From: Balamuthia mandrillaris
Lineage: Eukaryota
DNA length: 64,000 nucleotides
Reading direction: 5' to 3'
NCBI GenBank assembly: GCA_031835245.2
Contig: JAVKOQ020000058.1
Coordinates: 62,001-126,000 of the forward strand
Both the position numbers and the translations under genes were made by a program. Under the pieces are notes generated by a model. It was not told the DNA's origin and did no database searches. It saw only the letters and a program-made list of their open reading frames with translations. Positions 36,825 through 50,400 of the stretch are shown here, piece by piece; the stretch's first letter is position 1; each line of letters starts with the position of its first letter.

Positions 36825-37226
36825 TTTTGTCTTGTGTCACCACTCGTTCTTCGTTTGTGCGTGAGCTCGCGTCTCTCTCTGTTCCGTTTGTGTGTCAACC
36901 TCTAGAGAAGGGAACCAAAAAGTGAAAAAAAAAAAAAACGTTTGTTGTTTCACCATAGTGAAATCAGCAGAAAACGGGGGGAAAAGCTACGAAATATCAA
37001 ATGAAATTTTGCAGGAACTGCCGGATCGAAATTTCAAGCCTTGTTTTTTTTTTGTTTTGAAAGTTTTCCTCGAATTCAAAGGAATAAAAAGTAGCGGATC
37101 AATCGGGCCAAGCAACGCCGGTGTAGCGGAACAGCGACAAAAAGGACGTTTTGAGGTTGAGGGGGGAGGGTTGGGTTGGAGGAAGGGCCTATCGAGAAGA
37201 GAGTAAGCAAAAAAACAAAAAAAAAA

Positions 37227-39405
37227 ATGACGGAGAGGAAAAAGTACAGCGTGCTCTACACGCATCACAAGACGCAAAAGAGCAAAAAATGGCAGGAAGG
37301 CATTCTTTGGTGGAATCTAGCCAACAACAAAGTACCTTTGTCTTCATCTTTCTTTCTTGCTCTTCTTTATTGTTTTGTTCGTTCTTCTTCTTCTTCATCT
37401 TCTTCTTCTTCTGCTTACCTCTACAAAGATTTCGCTGTACGATGAAACCGAGAAACAAAATTTGGATAGCCAGTTCCTGAAGAAAGGGCAGACGGTCGAA
37501 GTCAACGGCGATGAGCTGGAGACCGAGCGTTATTTAGTTCAAGTGGAAGAACAGCTCGCTTGTATCGAAGAAAGTTCTTCTTCTTCTTCTTCTGCTGCTC
37601 CTTCTCCTTCTCCTTCGTCTTCATCAACCAACTCTTCTTCTTCGCGTCTTTCGGCAGCAACCACTCGACGTCTTAAAGGCACCGTTGGCATTAAGCGAAC
37701 TCGTTCTATCACTTCTTCTTCTGTTAGTTCCCAAAAAGAAGACGATGAAACCGAACGAGCAGGAGAGACAGCTCCAAAACAGGCAACGAATTCGAACACG
37801 CTGGCGCCGTCTTTTGCCTCGTTCTTTACCGCGACCACTCTCTTGCCGCCATCTGTCTCTCTGCCTGTCATTTCTCTAAACTCTTCTTCTTCGTCTTCCT
37901 CGGATCCTACTTTAACTCATGTAACTTCCGCTGTAGATTCTTCTACGCCTTCGTCTTCGTCTTCCTTTGCTACGTCTCTTTCTACTTCTTCATACACTCC
38001 TCCGTCGAGCAATGATCAACAGCAACAACAAAACTCCAACAACGAACTATACGAACAAGAAGACGCGCCCAAAAACGAAAACACAGCAACCAAGCGAAGA
38101 AGAATTGGCTTGAGCAAAGCTCGTCTTAAGAGAAACTCCACCAACAACGAGAGAGATCCTTCTCCTCCTCCTCCTTCATCATCTCTTGATTCCCTTGATC
38201 CTCCTCCATCTTCTTTGTCACTTCGGAGAAGAAGCGCCCCGCTTGTCTCAAGAAAAAAGGATGAACAAGAGGAAGAAGAGGAAGAAAATGAGAGTAACGC
38301 ATCCGGACAGAATATAATGGCCTCTGCAAGCACCGCTCTAGCGAAACGGATACCTGGAAAGCCGTTGCATTCTTCGCGTTCTTTCTCTGTTCGCCAATCC
38401 TCTCTGCATAACACTACATTTAGTTCACCCATTAGCGCTTGGTAGCTTTGTCCTCATTCTCTATTCCTGCTCTCTACGTTGCTAATCACCTTCTGATGCT
38501 TCATCTTTATCAGGAACAACGGACACTTTTGCTTTCCCAGCAAACAAATTTGTGAGGCGCTCTTTTCCGGCGATAAACCACCAACTCACAATGTCAAAAT
38601 ACCCGACGCGTTCGCTTCGTTGGAAGAGTACAAGTCCGTTTTTATGGCTGCACTGAAAGAGGAACTCAACTTGCAACTTCTGGACTTGGCGCACAACTTT
38701 CATAGCAGCTGTGCCACTTGTTCCACTGTCTCAATTGGACCAAACACTCGACAAGAACAAGTGATTGTGACCAGCAAATATCAGTGCAAGCATGGTCCGG
38801 CAAAGTTGTTAACTGTAAAGAAACCAGGCCCCAACAAAGGTACCAACAAGAAGAGATTTTGACATGCGCATTTTAAACAAGTTTAAAGATCTTTTCATTT
38901 GTTGTTTGTTTTTACAGGAAGGAAGTTCTATACTTGTGGCGCCAAAGCTCGCTGTAACTTCTTTCAGTGGGCGGATGACGAGGAAGCCGAAGAAAGTGAA
39001 AATGCAAACATCAACGAACAACAGCAACGTTCGCTTCTCTCCAGTTTATCTGGTGACAAGAGTGCACAAAAGGAATCAGCGGTGGAGAGAAGGTTCGAAA
39101 TGAACCAAGCTGCAGAGGAGTACCTCAAAGCTAGAGGCATTCGCATCTATGCTAACTGCAAACTCGTCAAAAGGTTTTTCTTCTTCTCCTCCCCCTTGTT
39201 CCATTTTTTAACAGGACCTGTTATTCTTTGAAAAGCGGAGTACAACCTCAAGGCTCAGCAGGTGAAAGCGATTACCAACAAAGAGGCAGAAGGAAAAAAG
39301 AGGTAGCAGATTCAAGTGTAAGCGGCTTTGAGCAACGAATGATGTACTTCAAGAAAAAAGCTTTGTTTTTGCAACTTACTTGGAAAGAAGCTTCTTCAAA
39401 GTTTG

Positions 39406-39445
<40 letters not shown>

Positions 39446-42171
39446 TGTACTCATCTCTCAACATTGTTTGCAGATATGCAAAAGATGACCTGTGGATTAT
39501 ATCATCTAGTGCCAATTTCACTCCACGAAATGTTGACGACAATCTTTTCATAGCAAGAAGCGCTTTTCACGGGCCAGGACAAGAACGCTTTTTAGAGGTT
39601 CAATACCATTTCTTTTGTTTTTCCTTTTTTTTTTCTTATTAATATAATATACAGATAGAGCCACTTACAGAACTCCCAAAGCTTGGTCGCTCATCAACAG
39701 TTCATGCCATTCATGGCCCTGAAGCTGGAAGCATCTTGGCTATGATAGGTCTTGTCCAATTCTCCTATTAGTATTATTTTCTTTCTTCTCTCTCTCTCTC
39801 TCTCTCTCTCTCAGCCGCCAAGTATTCATCAATACTGTTACTCTGTAGATAACCTGTCTTTGCTTACGTTTGAGAGAATGCCTATCTTGCCATTTCTTTT
39901 GAAACGCGAACCAATGCAAGAAGAAAGTGCTTCTTCTGCTTTATGTTCTTTAAAAGAGAAAAAGTGGAAGCTGGACATGACCTTCGCTGAGGTCACAGCT
40001 CTTGCTGACGAAGTCATTCAAACCTATGGGCTCAACGAAGATCAACGAGGGCACGTTTCTCTCTTTATCTGATTTCTTCGTTTTGTTATTTGTTTGCTTT
40101 GCATTACGTTTTGTAGTTGTCTTTCTTGTTTTGACTAGGAGTTTTTTCTTTATCTTTTTTATAGAGTGCTTTATTCTTGCCTCGGGTGGTTTGAAACCTT
40201 ACCCGATCAGGTTTGTCTTTATCTTCATTCCGTTTGCACGTTCACATTAACTTGTAATATTATCTTAAATGAAGGAACAACGGCCACTAAGTCCTCCTGT
40301 TTGTCTGGTGCATGGCGTTTTTGGGTCTGGCAAAAGTTACTTGTTGGTTGTTCTTATCATCTTTCTAGTTCGTCTCCTAGAGAAAGGCCACAACGAGCAT
40401 GTTCGCATTCTTGTGGCAGCCGCTACTAATACAGCTGGTTCTCAACCTCTTTCTCTTTCCCTCTCATCCTCTGTGTTGGCTTTTGTAGTTAACCATGTTT
40501 TAAACCAGTGGACAGAATATTACAAGGATTATTGGAGCAAGGCTTCAATAACTTTTTACGGATTGGAAGCTTGAAGAAAATCGCTAAGCCTATTCTTGAA
40601 CTATCACCGCAAGCCGATGGTATATCTCTTTTTCCCCCTAAAGTTCCTAACGGCTGAAAAACTAACATTGGACATTGCTCATCATATTCATAGACAAAAG
40701 TGCAGAGCGAGAACTGAAACAAATGCTGAGGCTGGAGGAATTATCAGGGGATACCAGTGGCGCTAGCGTTATTCAGAAAGTATTGGACAATGTACGCTCA
40801 GGCAGAATGAAGAAACTTGTACAGAAAGTAAACAAAGCTCGAGTCGTCGGTATATTCCTATCTCTCTCTCTCTCTCTCTCTCTCAACCACTTTAACTGAG
40901 TGTAAATTGTATAGGAGTAACTTGTGCTGCAACGGTGTTTCCTGTTCTCGCTGGTAATACTTTTCCTCTTGTCATTCTTGACGAGTGCAGTCAAATGCTT
41001 GAACCTATCTCTCTTCTTCCGCTCGGCAAATTTGGATGCGAAAAACTTGTTCGTTTTATTTCTTTGCCTTTTTATTAGCTTTTCGTCTTTGTTTTTCTGA
41101 CTGGTTATTGTAATCATTTTAGGTGGCAGTTGGCGATCCATTACAACTTCCTCCTGTTCTGGAAAGCAATTTCAGCAGAGAAGAAGAGGGTCTCTCCAAA
41201 ACATTATTTATTCGTTTAAGCAACATTGGCTTTGAGCCATTGATGCTTAGGACACAATACAGAGTAACTCCATTCCCCTGTTTTGTCTTCGTTTATCACT
41301 CATGCCTTTGTATCTTGAAACAGTGTCATCCACATATAAGCGAGCTTGCAAACATTTTGTTCTATTCAAACAAACTTCGCGATGGCATTAGCCCCGAAGC
41401 ACGAGCTCCTCTGGCGGAGGGGTTACCAACTCTCTTGTTTTGTAACGCCATTGCTGGTCAAGTACGCACTCTTTTACTCTCCTCGCTGTTCTTTTCTTTG
41501 TCTTTGTTTGCAACCTATTTCGTGTTTGAACAATACCATTTCATTAAAAGGAACGAGAAGACAACTTTTTGAAGAGTTATGTGAATGAACACGAAGTTCA
41601 TGTGATCACTGAACTAGTCAAAAAGCTGCTTGACTTGGGAATAGCTGCCCCGGATATAGGCATTATCGCACTTTGTAATCCATTCCTTCTGCTTTCTTCA
41701 TTTTTCCTTTGCTTTACTGATGTTGTTATTATGATTTGGAACAGACAAAGCGCAAGCCATCCGAGTGGAGCGTGCTCTCTCCTCCATCAGGGCGTGCGAC
41801 ATCTCTCCTAGATATTTGCAAGAGCTTTTGACCGGAGACACAGCCTTGCAAGAGGAATTGGATGGATTGGGTAATACCTTTGATGAAGAAAGAGAAGCGG
41901 ATATCTTTGCCAAGTTTCAATCCAAAAAGTGGCAGCAGAAACAAAGCAATAAGTTGGTTGCTAAAGACATACAGGTTGTTCTTGATTTCTTGTCCTCCTT
42001 ACTACTTTGCTTACTTTCTTTAAATGATAAACAGGTGAGCACAGTAGATGCGTTTCAAGGATCAGAAAAGGAAGTGATCATCGTGACATGCACACGAACT
42101 TCCCGTTTGGGGTTCATCGACTCACCGAAACGACTTAATGTAGCTCTTACACGTGCTCGAAGGTATCTTTC

Positions 42172-42214
<43 letters not shown>

Positions 42215-42781
42215 GACCCACACAAACGCACAACTGCCAAACAACAGACATTTATTTATTGTGGGGCATAAAACGATTTTAATGGGAAACTCCACTTGGA
42301 AAGACATCATCGAACGAATGCAAGCTGTTGGAGTCATCTTGGTTTGCTTCTTGTGGTTGTTGTGGTTGTGGTTGTGGTTGTGGTTGTGGTTGTGGTTGTG
42401 GTTGTGGTTGTGGTTGTGGTTGTGGTTGTGGTTGTGGTTGTGGTTTATTATAATAGTAACTGCGTACAACAATAACAACAACGACAACAACAAAAAAAGG
42501 ATGCGCAACATTTCTTAAGAACAAAACAACTGGTGCCTAATTGTAACGCATCTGACGCGGTGATCACTCCAATGCGACATTGCCAACAACAAAATACACC
42601 AAACGATGAAGAACAGATCGACATTGAATTAAGTTATTTGGAAGAGTTGGAGAGAGCACACGCCACCAAAAAACAAACAGAACTGCCACGAGCAAAAAGT
42701 GAAGAAGAACAAATGGACATTGAATTAAGTTACCTTGAAGAGATGGAAAGAGAGCGATCCGCTAAACAAAGAGAAGATTGA
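37227..42781 (+). CDS. ZGRF1: ZGRF1-like 5'-3' DNA helicase (DUF2439, GRF zinc finger, Upf1-like SF1 helicase), multi-exon
   Basis: [19 protein letters not shown] (DUF2439); CKHG...[15 protein letters not shown]...CNFFQWAD (GRF); [57 protein letters not shown]. Confidence 0.93.
42352..42443 (+). repeat. (TTGTGG)n hexanucleotide microsatellite in the last ZGRF1 intron
   Basis: About 15 perfect copies directly visible. Confidence 0.95.
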
Positions 42782-42802
42782 GAAGAAACAATTATTTAAT
42801 AC

Positions 42803-45800
42803 TTATTTATATGGTACGTTCCATTTTTCATCTTCATCGCTCTCGTCACTTAAGTCACTGTCATCGTTAATAGGAAGAACCGCGTTCTCGCTTTGTTGTA
42901 ACAAAATTAACTCTTTTCTGTAATTAAGAGCCAATCGCTTCCACTTATTCTTTTTCCTCGTTTCAACTTTACATCTTTCTCTCTCTTCTTCTAACAACCG
43001 AAAAGTTTTTTCCAGTTGTTCTTTCAATAATTTTAACTCTTCTTCTCCTTCTAATGCTGATTTTCTTGTCGTTCGTTGAATGCCGTTTTTCGATGGTTCG
43101 TATTCTTCTTCCTCCTCCTCCTCTTCCTTTTCTTTTGCTTCTTTCTCTTCCTGCTCGGCTTTTTCTTTGTTGCTGACCCGTTTTTGATGTAAATCAGGTG
43201 AACTGAATGGTCTCTTCTTGTGATGTCGTTTGTTGGGAAGAACGATGTCATCATTATTGTTGTTAGAAGAAGCTGATGGACGCGGAGTAAATGAGATTTG
43301 CTTGTCGCTGGAACGTTGTCGTTTGATGACATTCTTTTTGGATGGGTGTTTTCTTGCCAACGAACGTTCGCTCATCGCTCTACGTAAGAATCCTTTTTCT
43401 TTCTTCTTACTGTCTTCTCCTTCTTCTCCTTCTCTTTCTTCTTTATCTTCCTTTTCTTGGTTGTCCTTCTTTTCTTCGCTATCTTCTTCTTCTTCTTGCT
43501 TCTTGTAAGAGTTTCTCAATCGAGAACCTTTTGCTTTCTTCTCAGAGTTGTTGATGATGCTTGGTGATGCTTGTTGCGGTAAATTCGGCGTGGAAAGTAC
43601 TCTTCCGATCTTCTTCAAACTGTTCCTCTTCTTCGGTTCTTTCTCATCTTTCTCTTCTTTTTGCACATTAGAAGAAGAAGCCGAAGAGCTCAACTGTTGT
43701 TTCAACCGCTTCAATAGAGAAGGTTCACTATCATATCTTCGCAGCGACTTTTTCTTCCCCTCGTCTGCTCCTTCCTTCGAGGCAAATATCGTTTGCGATG
43801 ACGCCGCCTCCACACGCTCTCTCTCCTTTTGTTGCAGCTGTTGCAATCGTTGTTGCCTTTGCTGCTCCATCTCCTCCTGCTCCAGCTGCAACAGGTACTG
43901 CTCCCCGCCGACTTGTTGGATGATGTCTCTCTGCTGAAGGATGTGCTGCTTCAGGGAGGACCTGCTGCGTTTCAGAAGAGGATTGTCGTGGTAGGTCAGC
44001 TCCTCGGTGGATGCTTCCTCGTTGTTCAGCTTGGAGTCATCGACAAAGGTCTTGCTCTTCTTTCCCAACACGTTCAACTTGTAACTTGCTGGAAGTTTGG
44101 TGATAAATGGATGCTACAAAAGAACCCAAAAAAAAAAAAGGATTAGAAGAGAAAGAGAAACGAGGCAAGAGATAAGAACGCACAAGAAGGAGATCTTTGG
44201 CGGAGGGACGTTCGTTGGTGTCTTTCTTGAGGCAGGAGTTGACAAAGTCGATGAACTCGGCAGACCATTTGCCCGTTCTCCCATCGATTTGAGGCGGCTC
44301 CGCGCATAATATATTCACTATTGCCTTGTTTATTTGCGTGTGAATGGTAACGAAGAAGAACGAAGAGGAACGAAGGAGAGAAAGAAGAAAGAAAGAACAA
44401 ACCCTGCCAACGTGTTCGTTGGAATTGGGAGGACGTCCCTGGGCCAAATGGATGGCAGTGATGCCCAGCGACCAAATGTCTGCTTTGAAGTCATAGGCAT
44501 CCCCTGCAAGTACCTCGGGGCTCATGTACAATGCTTTTTTTTTGTTGTTTAAAGGTTATTCTCATGACTCCAATGAATAGAAAAAGGAAGCGAAGGTAAC
44601 GTACGAGTTCCAACAAAGCTGTTGAATGCCTCGTTGTTGGCTTCTATGTTTTGTAGCTGGTTTGCTGTTCCAAAGTCGGCTACATCACACAAGTGAGAAA
44701 GGAGAACGAGAGGGAGAAGATTGAAGAATGAAGAATGAAGAATGAGAACGAGAGATAATGATACCAAGTTTCATGCGGGCTTGTGCTGTTACTAAAATGT
44801 TTCCAGGCTTGAGATCCCTTGAGATAAGAAGAACGAACAAACAACAGAACGTTACAAAGAATACAAAAAAAAAAAAACGTGAATAGTACTATCGTTTCTC
44901 TTTCTCTCTCACCTGTGAATGATTTGGATTTCATGAAGGTAGATGAGGGCAGTGATGACGTCTCGAAAGATGTAAGCAATGTCTCGCTCCGTCAAAGTGT
45001 AGACCCCCGCTCGCTTCATCACGTCCAAAACGGATCCGTGACTGCAACATTCCATCATTATCTTTTGTCGTTTTGTTATTTGTTTTTGTCGTTGAGAAAG
45101 TGAATAAACAGAGAAAGTAATAGAAAAGAGAACGAAAAAAGGTACCCAGAGAGAACAAGACCGAAAGCAGCAACCATAATAAGAGACGATGTGTCGATTC
45201 CTGCATCTCTTCAACGCATTGATCTCTTTCTGCAACTTTTGAGCCTCCTCCCATGCCTCCCTGTGATCCTCCTCATCGTTGGATGTTGGCATCGGGAGAG
45301 GAACGCATTTGATGGCTAATATGAAGCCAGTGTCTTTGTGTCTAGCTTTGTAGACTTTACCAAAGCCTCTGTTTGTTGAATTATTTATGAAGCAAAGAAA
45401 ACGTTTAGGGCAAAAAGAGAGAGAGAAGCAGAGAGAATGAATAATGTGGAATGAAGCGAGAAACAAAAGATTGAAAATATAGAATGCAATGGAAAAAAAA
45501 CGAACCCTTGCCCAAGTTTAGACACGAGTCTAAACTCAGAGGCTGCCTCTCGCGGTCCATCCATGGCCTTCCACTCAAAGTCAAAGTCCACATGCGCCTT
45601 GTGTCTTGCGTTCGTAGGAGCGGAGATGATAATGGATCCCATGCTCTCATCCGCTTTCTTCTTCTTTCTCGTTATTCTGAACCTTCTATATTTGTTGAGT
45701 TCGTCTTCTGTTTCTTCTTTCTCCTTCTCTTTCTCCTTTTCTTCTCTCAGTTCTTCTTTCTCTTTCTCTTTTTCTTTCTCTTCCTTACGTTGCAGCAAAG

Positions 45801-46982
45801 GAGAGAAAGAAACTGGGGAACCGACCGGGCTGTTCGTGGTGCTTTTGCTCAAATGTTTGCGATGACTGCTCGTGATGATGAGAGAAGAAGTTGCTGTCGT
45901 TCTGGTTACTGCTGGCTCGTCGGTTGGTTCTTTCTTCACCTTTGAGGAAAACGAACCCTTCCGTTCGAGCGATCTTCGCTTGTTGGTTCCGCTCTTTAGG
46001 GAGGCGAACACGGAGCGAGCTGACAAATGTCGAACGAGACCCTTTTCTGAGGACTTCTTTTTCTTTTTCTTCTTGTCTTCTTCCACGTTTCGGTCCTCTT
46101 TTTCTTTGCCAGTATCCTTGTCTCTGTTTTCTTCTTTTTGTGGAGAGGTTGAAGAGGTTGAGGATGGAGAAGAAGACGAAGGAGAAGGTGGTGATGCAGG
46201 GAGGATGTATCCCGCTCGGATGAACTGTTCGTTCAGTTCGAGGAAACGTTGTGATAAACGAACATTCTCTGGTGTCTTTTTTGTTGTTTTAGAGGAAGAG
46301 ATAAGAAAGAAGCAGAGAATAGATAAGAGAAAGCGAGAGAAGCGAGAGAAGAGAGAAGAATGCCGGAAAGGACAGAGGAGCAAGAAGGGAAGTGAACAGA
46401 AAGATAGCGTACCGCGTGCTCGGTTTCAAAGTCAGGCGGAAGGACTCGCATCGACATTCTTTTAGAGAGAGGAACGGGCGCTTCCTTTTGCTGTGGTTGC
46501 TCTTCTTCTTCCTCCTCTTCGTTGATCTCTTCTATCTGCCATTTTTGTTGGCTTTTCTCCCAATCGAGCTCCTCCTCCTCTTCCTCTTCCTCTCCCTCAT
46601 CTTCTTCCAAGCCTTCCACTATTTCTTCTTCCTTCAGAAGGATGTGGTGGTTCATCTTGGTCTTCCTTCTGTAATTATTGGAGATGAACATTTGGCCTTC
46701 CTCTGGCAGCTCCTCTTCCTCGAACTCCGTGTAGACCGCAACGTCTCCATCCACAACCACCGGTTTCGGCCTCCACGAACGGAGGTTGTTTGTTGTTTCT
46801 TCAGTGTTGCTGAAAGCCTGTTCGTCTTCTTCTTGTTCTTCTTCTTTGCGTTTCGTAGGGGTGACATTATAGGAATGGTGTTTTTGGTTCTGCTGCTGCT
46901 GCTCTTCATTTGTGGTGGTGGCAAAGTCGAGCCTACGGTTTATGCCCAAGCGACGGAGGTGGTCGTTGGAAAGAGCAGCCAT
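42803..46982 (-). CDS. CRIB-containing STE20-family (PAK/GCK-like) Ser/Thr kinase, multi-exon
   Basis: ISAPTNARHKAHVD (CRIB) directly before LGQG|GFGKVY...LAIK, HR|DLKPGN, ADFG, YMSPEV, KADIWSLGITAI; C-terminal coiled coil. The 5' extent is uncertain. Confidence 0.9.
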
Positions 46983-47481
46983 GCAGGAGCTAGCAGGGAG
47001 AATGTGACCGTTCTATTCCTTGTTGTTGTGACCTTTTTCTTTTGGTTAATTTTGTAATGTGTTGCGTTACACCGCAATTTGGCAGCTGTTTTTCGATGAC
47101 AGTTCATTTTTGTCCAAAGCATGAGCGGAAAATCATCGAGACAACCCCCTCACCAGGGGAGCCTCCCTTCCATTCCCTCAAAATTTAGATGATCAGCCGA
47201 TGAAAAACGATCGGGTGGGACCTTGTTATCCATGACGACCTGGAAAAACGTCGATACACGAGGGGCCAAAAATATCATTTGTAACGACGACGTGAAAGAC
47301 CGTTAACAGTTATTCCACGACGACGTGGAAGGAAGCGAGGGTTCGATGTCGATGAAGTTTAAATTACATTTGGAAGAAAAAATTGAAAAAAAAAAAAGGG
47401 TAGCAAAAGAGTAGCGGGAAGGAAGATTAGATTAGATTAAGAGAGAAACGATTGAAAATAATTTTTAAAAAATTTAAAAAA

Positions 47482-50400
47482 ATGGATTCCAGTGGCAGCA
47501 GGCATCGCTCCGACTCGGATGGTGGCAGCAGAAGGCAAGGAGCTCCTCTTCCCAAGTCCACCAGCTGGCGGACCAAGCCCTGCTTTCACTGGACCAAGGG
47601 CTACTGTCGCAACGGGGACCGCTGCAACTTTTACCATGCCCCCAAGCAGAAGGGGGGCGTGGTCTCTGCCGCCAGCGGGGATAACAGCATCAGCATCGGT
47701 GGAGGGAGAGAGAGCAGCAGAGAGTCCTCGAAACGGATTTCTCCGCTGAGCGTTCCCTTTGATGAGCACCATCGCCACTACAACAAAAGAAAGAGAGCCT
47801 CCGAGGAATCTTCCTCTTCGCCATACTCCTACTCCTCCTATTCTTCCTCCTCCTCCTCTTCCTCCTCTTCCCCCTCGCCCTCGTTTTCTTCTTCTTCAGT
47901 GGATGGTAGAGACTATCTTTCACAACAACAAAACAGTAAACGCAAGAGGTCCCTCTCCCCTCTTTCTCCGCATCGTTCCTCTGCCTATTCCTCTTCTTCA
48001 GATCGTTCTTCTGGCGTTTCCCGTTCACCTGCTTCCTCACGTTCTCCTCCTCGCTCTGCGTCTTCGTCTTCTTCTGCTTCTTCTTCAGCGTTTTCTTTGT
48101 CGCAACAAAATGGCGCAAGTGGAGTGGAGGACGAAGAAGTGGAAGAAGGAATGATCGTTGAAACACCACCACCATCACTCGGCACCAAGACTTCTTTCGC
48201 CTCTATCTCCTCTTCGTCTTCCTCCGCAGCCCCTCTTTCTTCTACATTTTCCGCTTCTCCTTCTTCCTCTTCGTCTTCCTCGCTGTCTGCTTCTTCTGTA
48301 AGTGCGACTGCCGCTTCACCCTCCTCCTCGCTTTCTTCTTTTGCTTCTTCCACAATTGCGACTTCCACCGTAGCATCCAAGAAACATGAAGGCGGTAACA
48401 ACACCAACATCACCTTTTCTCGTCCCTCTCAACCTCCTCTTTCTACTTCCGCACCACCAACACAACAACCACAACAACCACCACAATCACAACAACCACA
48501 ACAACCACCACACTCACAACAACCACAACAACCACAGCAACAAATACCGCAGCGATCTAAAGTGGTCAACATGTTTGGAATGAGGATAGCCGTAGCCAAG
48601 TCTACTCCAACTGCTTCTCTAAGCAGTACCACTAACTTGACACCAATGTCAACTACATCAACGGCGACGCCTTCTAGTGCAACAACTACGACGGCTGAGA
48701 AGATACAGACCGCAACAACGCAGATAACAACGACAACGAGTGGAAAAGAAACACAGGCCATGGAGATGATAAAAGGAGTGGACAGCAGTACGACTGAGGC
48801 AGAAAGAAAAGCTACAAAGAGCGAGAACGAAAGCGGAATGTCGCTAGACCTTGACAAGTTTATAACGGACGTAAAAGAACAACAAAAGCAAAAACAGTTG
48901 CAGAGTAGCAACACTGAACTCCAAGCTTTCGCTGAATCGTCTTCCGCCACAACAGCAACGAATGCAATGACGACAACGTTAGTGACGCCTTCTTCATCAA
49001 TCGCTCCGATATCGACAATAACAACAGCAAAAGTTACCGAAGAAGAACCAATGGACTTATCGGATGATAGAACCACTAGCATGTCACCCAACATTCGAAG
49101 CAGAAGTTCAAGCATCAGTCTTGCCACAAGTCACCGCAACTACGATGACGAGAAACAGCGGAAGAACGAGACAGAGAACATTGTCGACGAGCGTCGTGAC
49201 AGAACTCGAACCAGGAGTAGAAGCCCAAACCGAAGTCGAACAAACAGAAGCGAGTCCTTTCATCGTTCCAGTCGAAGCAGAAGCCGAAGCCGAAGCCGAA
49301 GCCGAAACCGAAGCCGAAGCCGAAGCCGAAGCCCTTCTTCAGGTAGGATGACGAGTAGCTCGCTGCAACGAAAAGACTATCACCATCGCGGCTCAAGCCT
49401 AGAGCGAGACAAAAGATACTATGCTTATCGTGACCGAGACCGTGATGACGTTTATCATCGCCATGACTATAATCGACGAACGACAGATAAACCTACGTCA
49501 ACAACATCAACAACAACAACAAGTACTTACAGAGAAAGTACTTGGAATAATTATAAAGGCAGCAGTCGCCCTTACAAGAAAAATGCCCCCGACGTTTGGA
49601 TTAATCCCAAATACAGAGATGGATACTCTGATAGAGACAGAGACGGAGACGGAGAAAGAGACAGAGATAAAGACAGAGATAGAGAGAGGGATAGAGACAG
49701 AGAACGGGACCGAGATAGGGAAAGAGACAGAGAAAGAGATAGAGACAGAGACAGCGACAGAGACAGAGATGGATATAAATACAGGGACAGAAGCGCCGGA
49801 AGAGAAAGAACACTACGATATGACGGTAATGAGGTAGACGTAGGGAAGCGTCCTCGTAGTGCGGAGCGAACCACGACCTCGAGCAACGTCACCGCTTCTT
49901 CTGCTTCTCCTGATGTTATTTCTCCAACAAAGACAGCAGCTGAATCTACTTCCAGTAAACACGTTGATGGTAAGCAACAACAACAATTAGTGTCCAGTTC
50001 TTCTGTGCAACAATCCACATCATCAGCAATAACACAACAGAAAGCAACAACAACAAATTCAGATAGCATCAAAGCATCGTCAGCTGCCGCTGCTTTGGTC
50101 GGTGTTAAAAATGACGGAGAAAGTGGGACTGCAATAACTTCGCTAACAACAATACCAACAACAACGAGACCAGCGCCCGCTCCAATTTCAACGGCTTTAC
50201 CTTCAACAGGCACAGCAACAACATTAACAACAACAACAGCAGCAGCAATGCAGAAAAGCACATCAGCAACAACTTCTCACAATCATGACGACTCTCAATT
50301 GCTGTCATTCCTCTCAACACTTAAATCAGAGGAACAATCGCACGAGGCGACGCTGCGCATCGCACTCGAGCTTGAAATGCAAAAGCTGCGCGCCCAGCAA

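Noticed and set aside
42352..42443. (TTGTGG)n as a telomeric or interstitial telomere repeat
   Set aside because: Short, lies inside an intron, and the window is full of comparable microsatellites.
49270..49770. AGCCGA and GAGACA repeats as an array or CRISPR-like structure
   Set aside because: They encode RS and RD dipeptide runs in frame and have no spacers.
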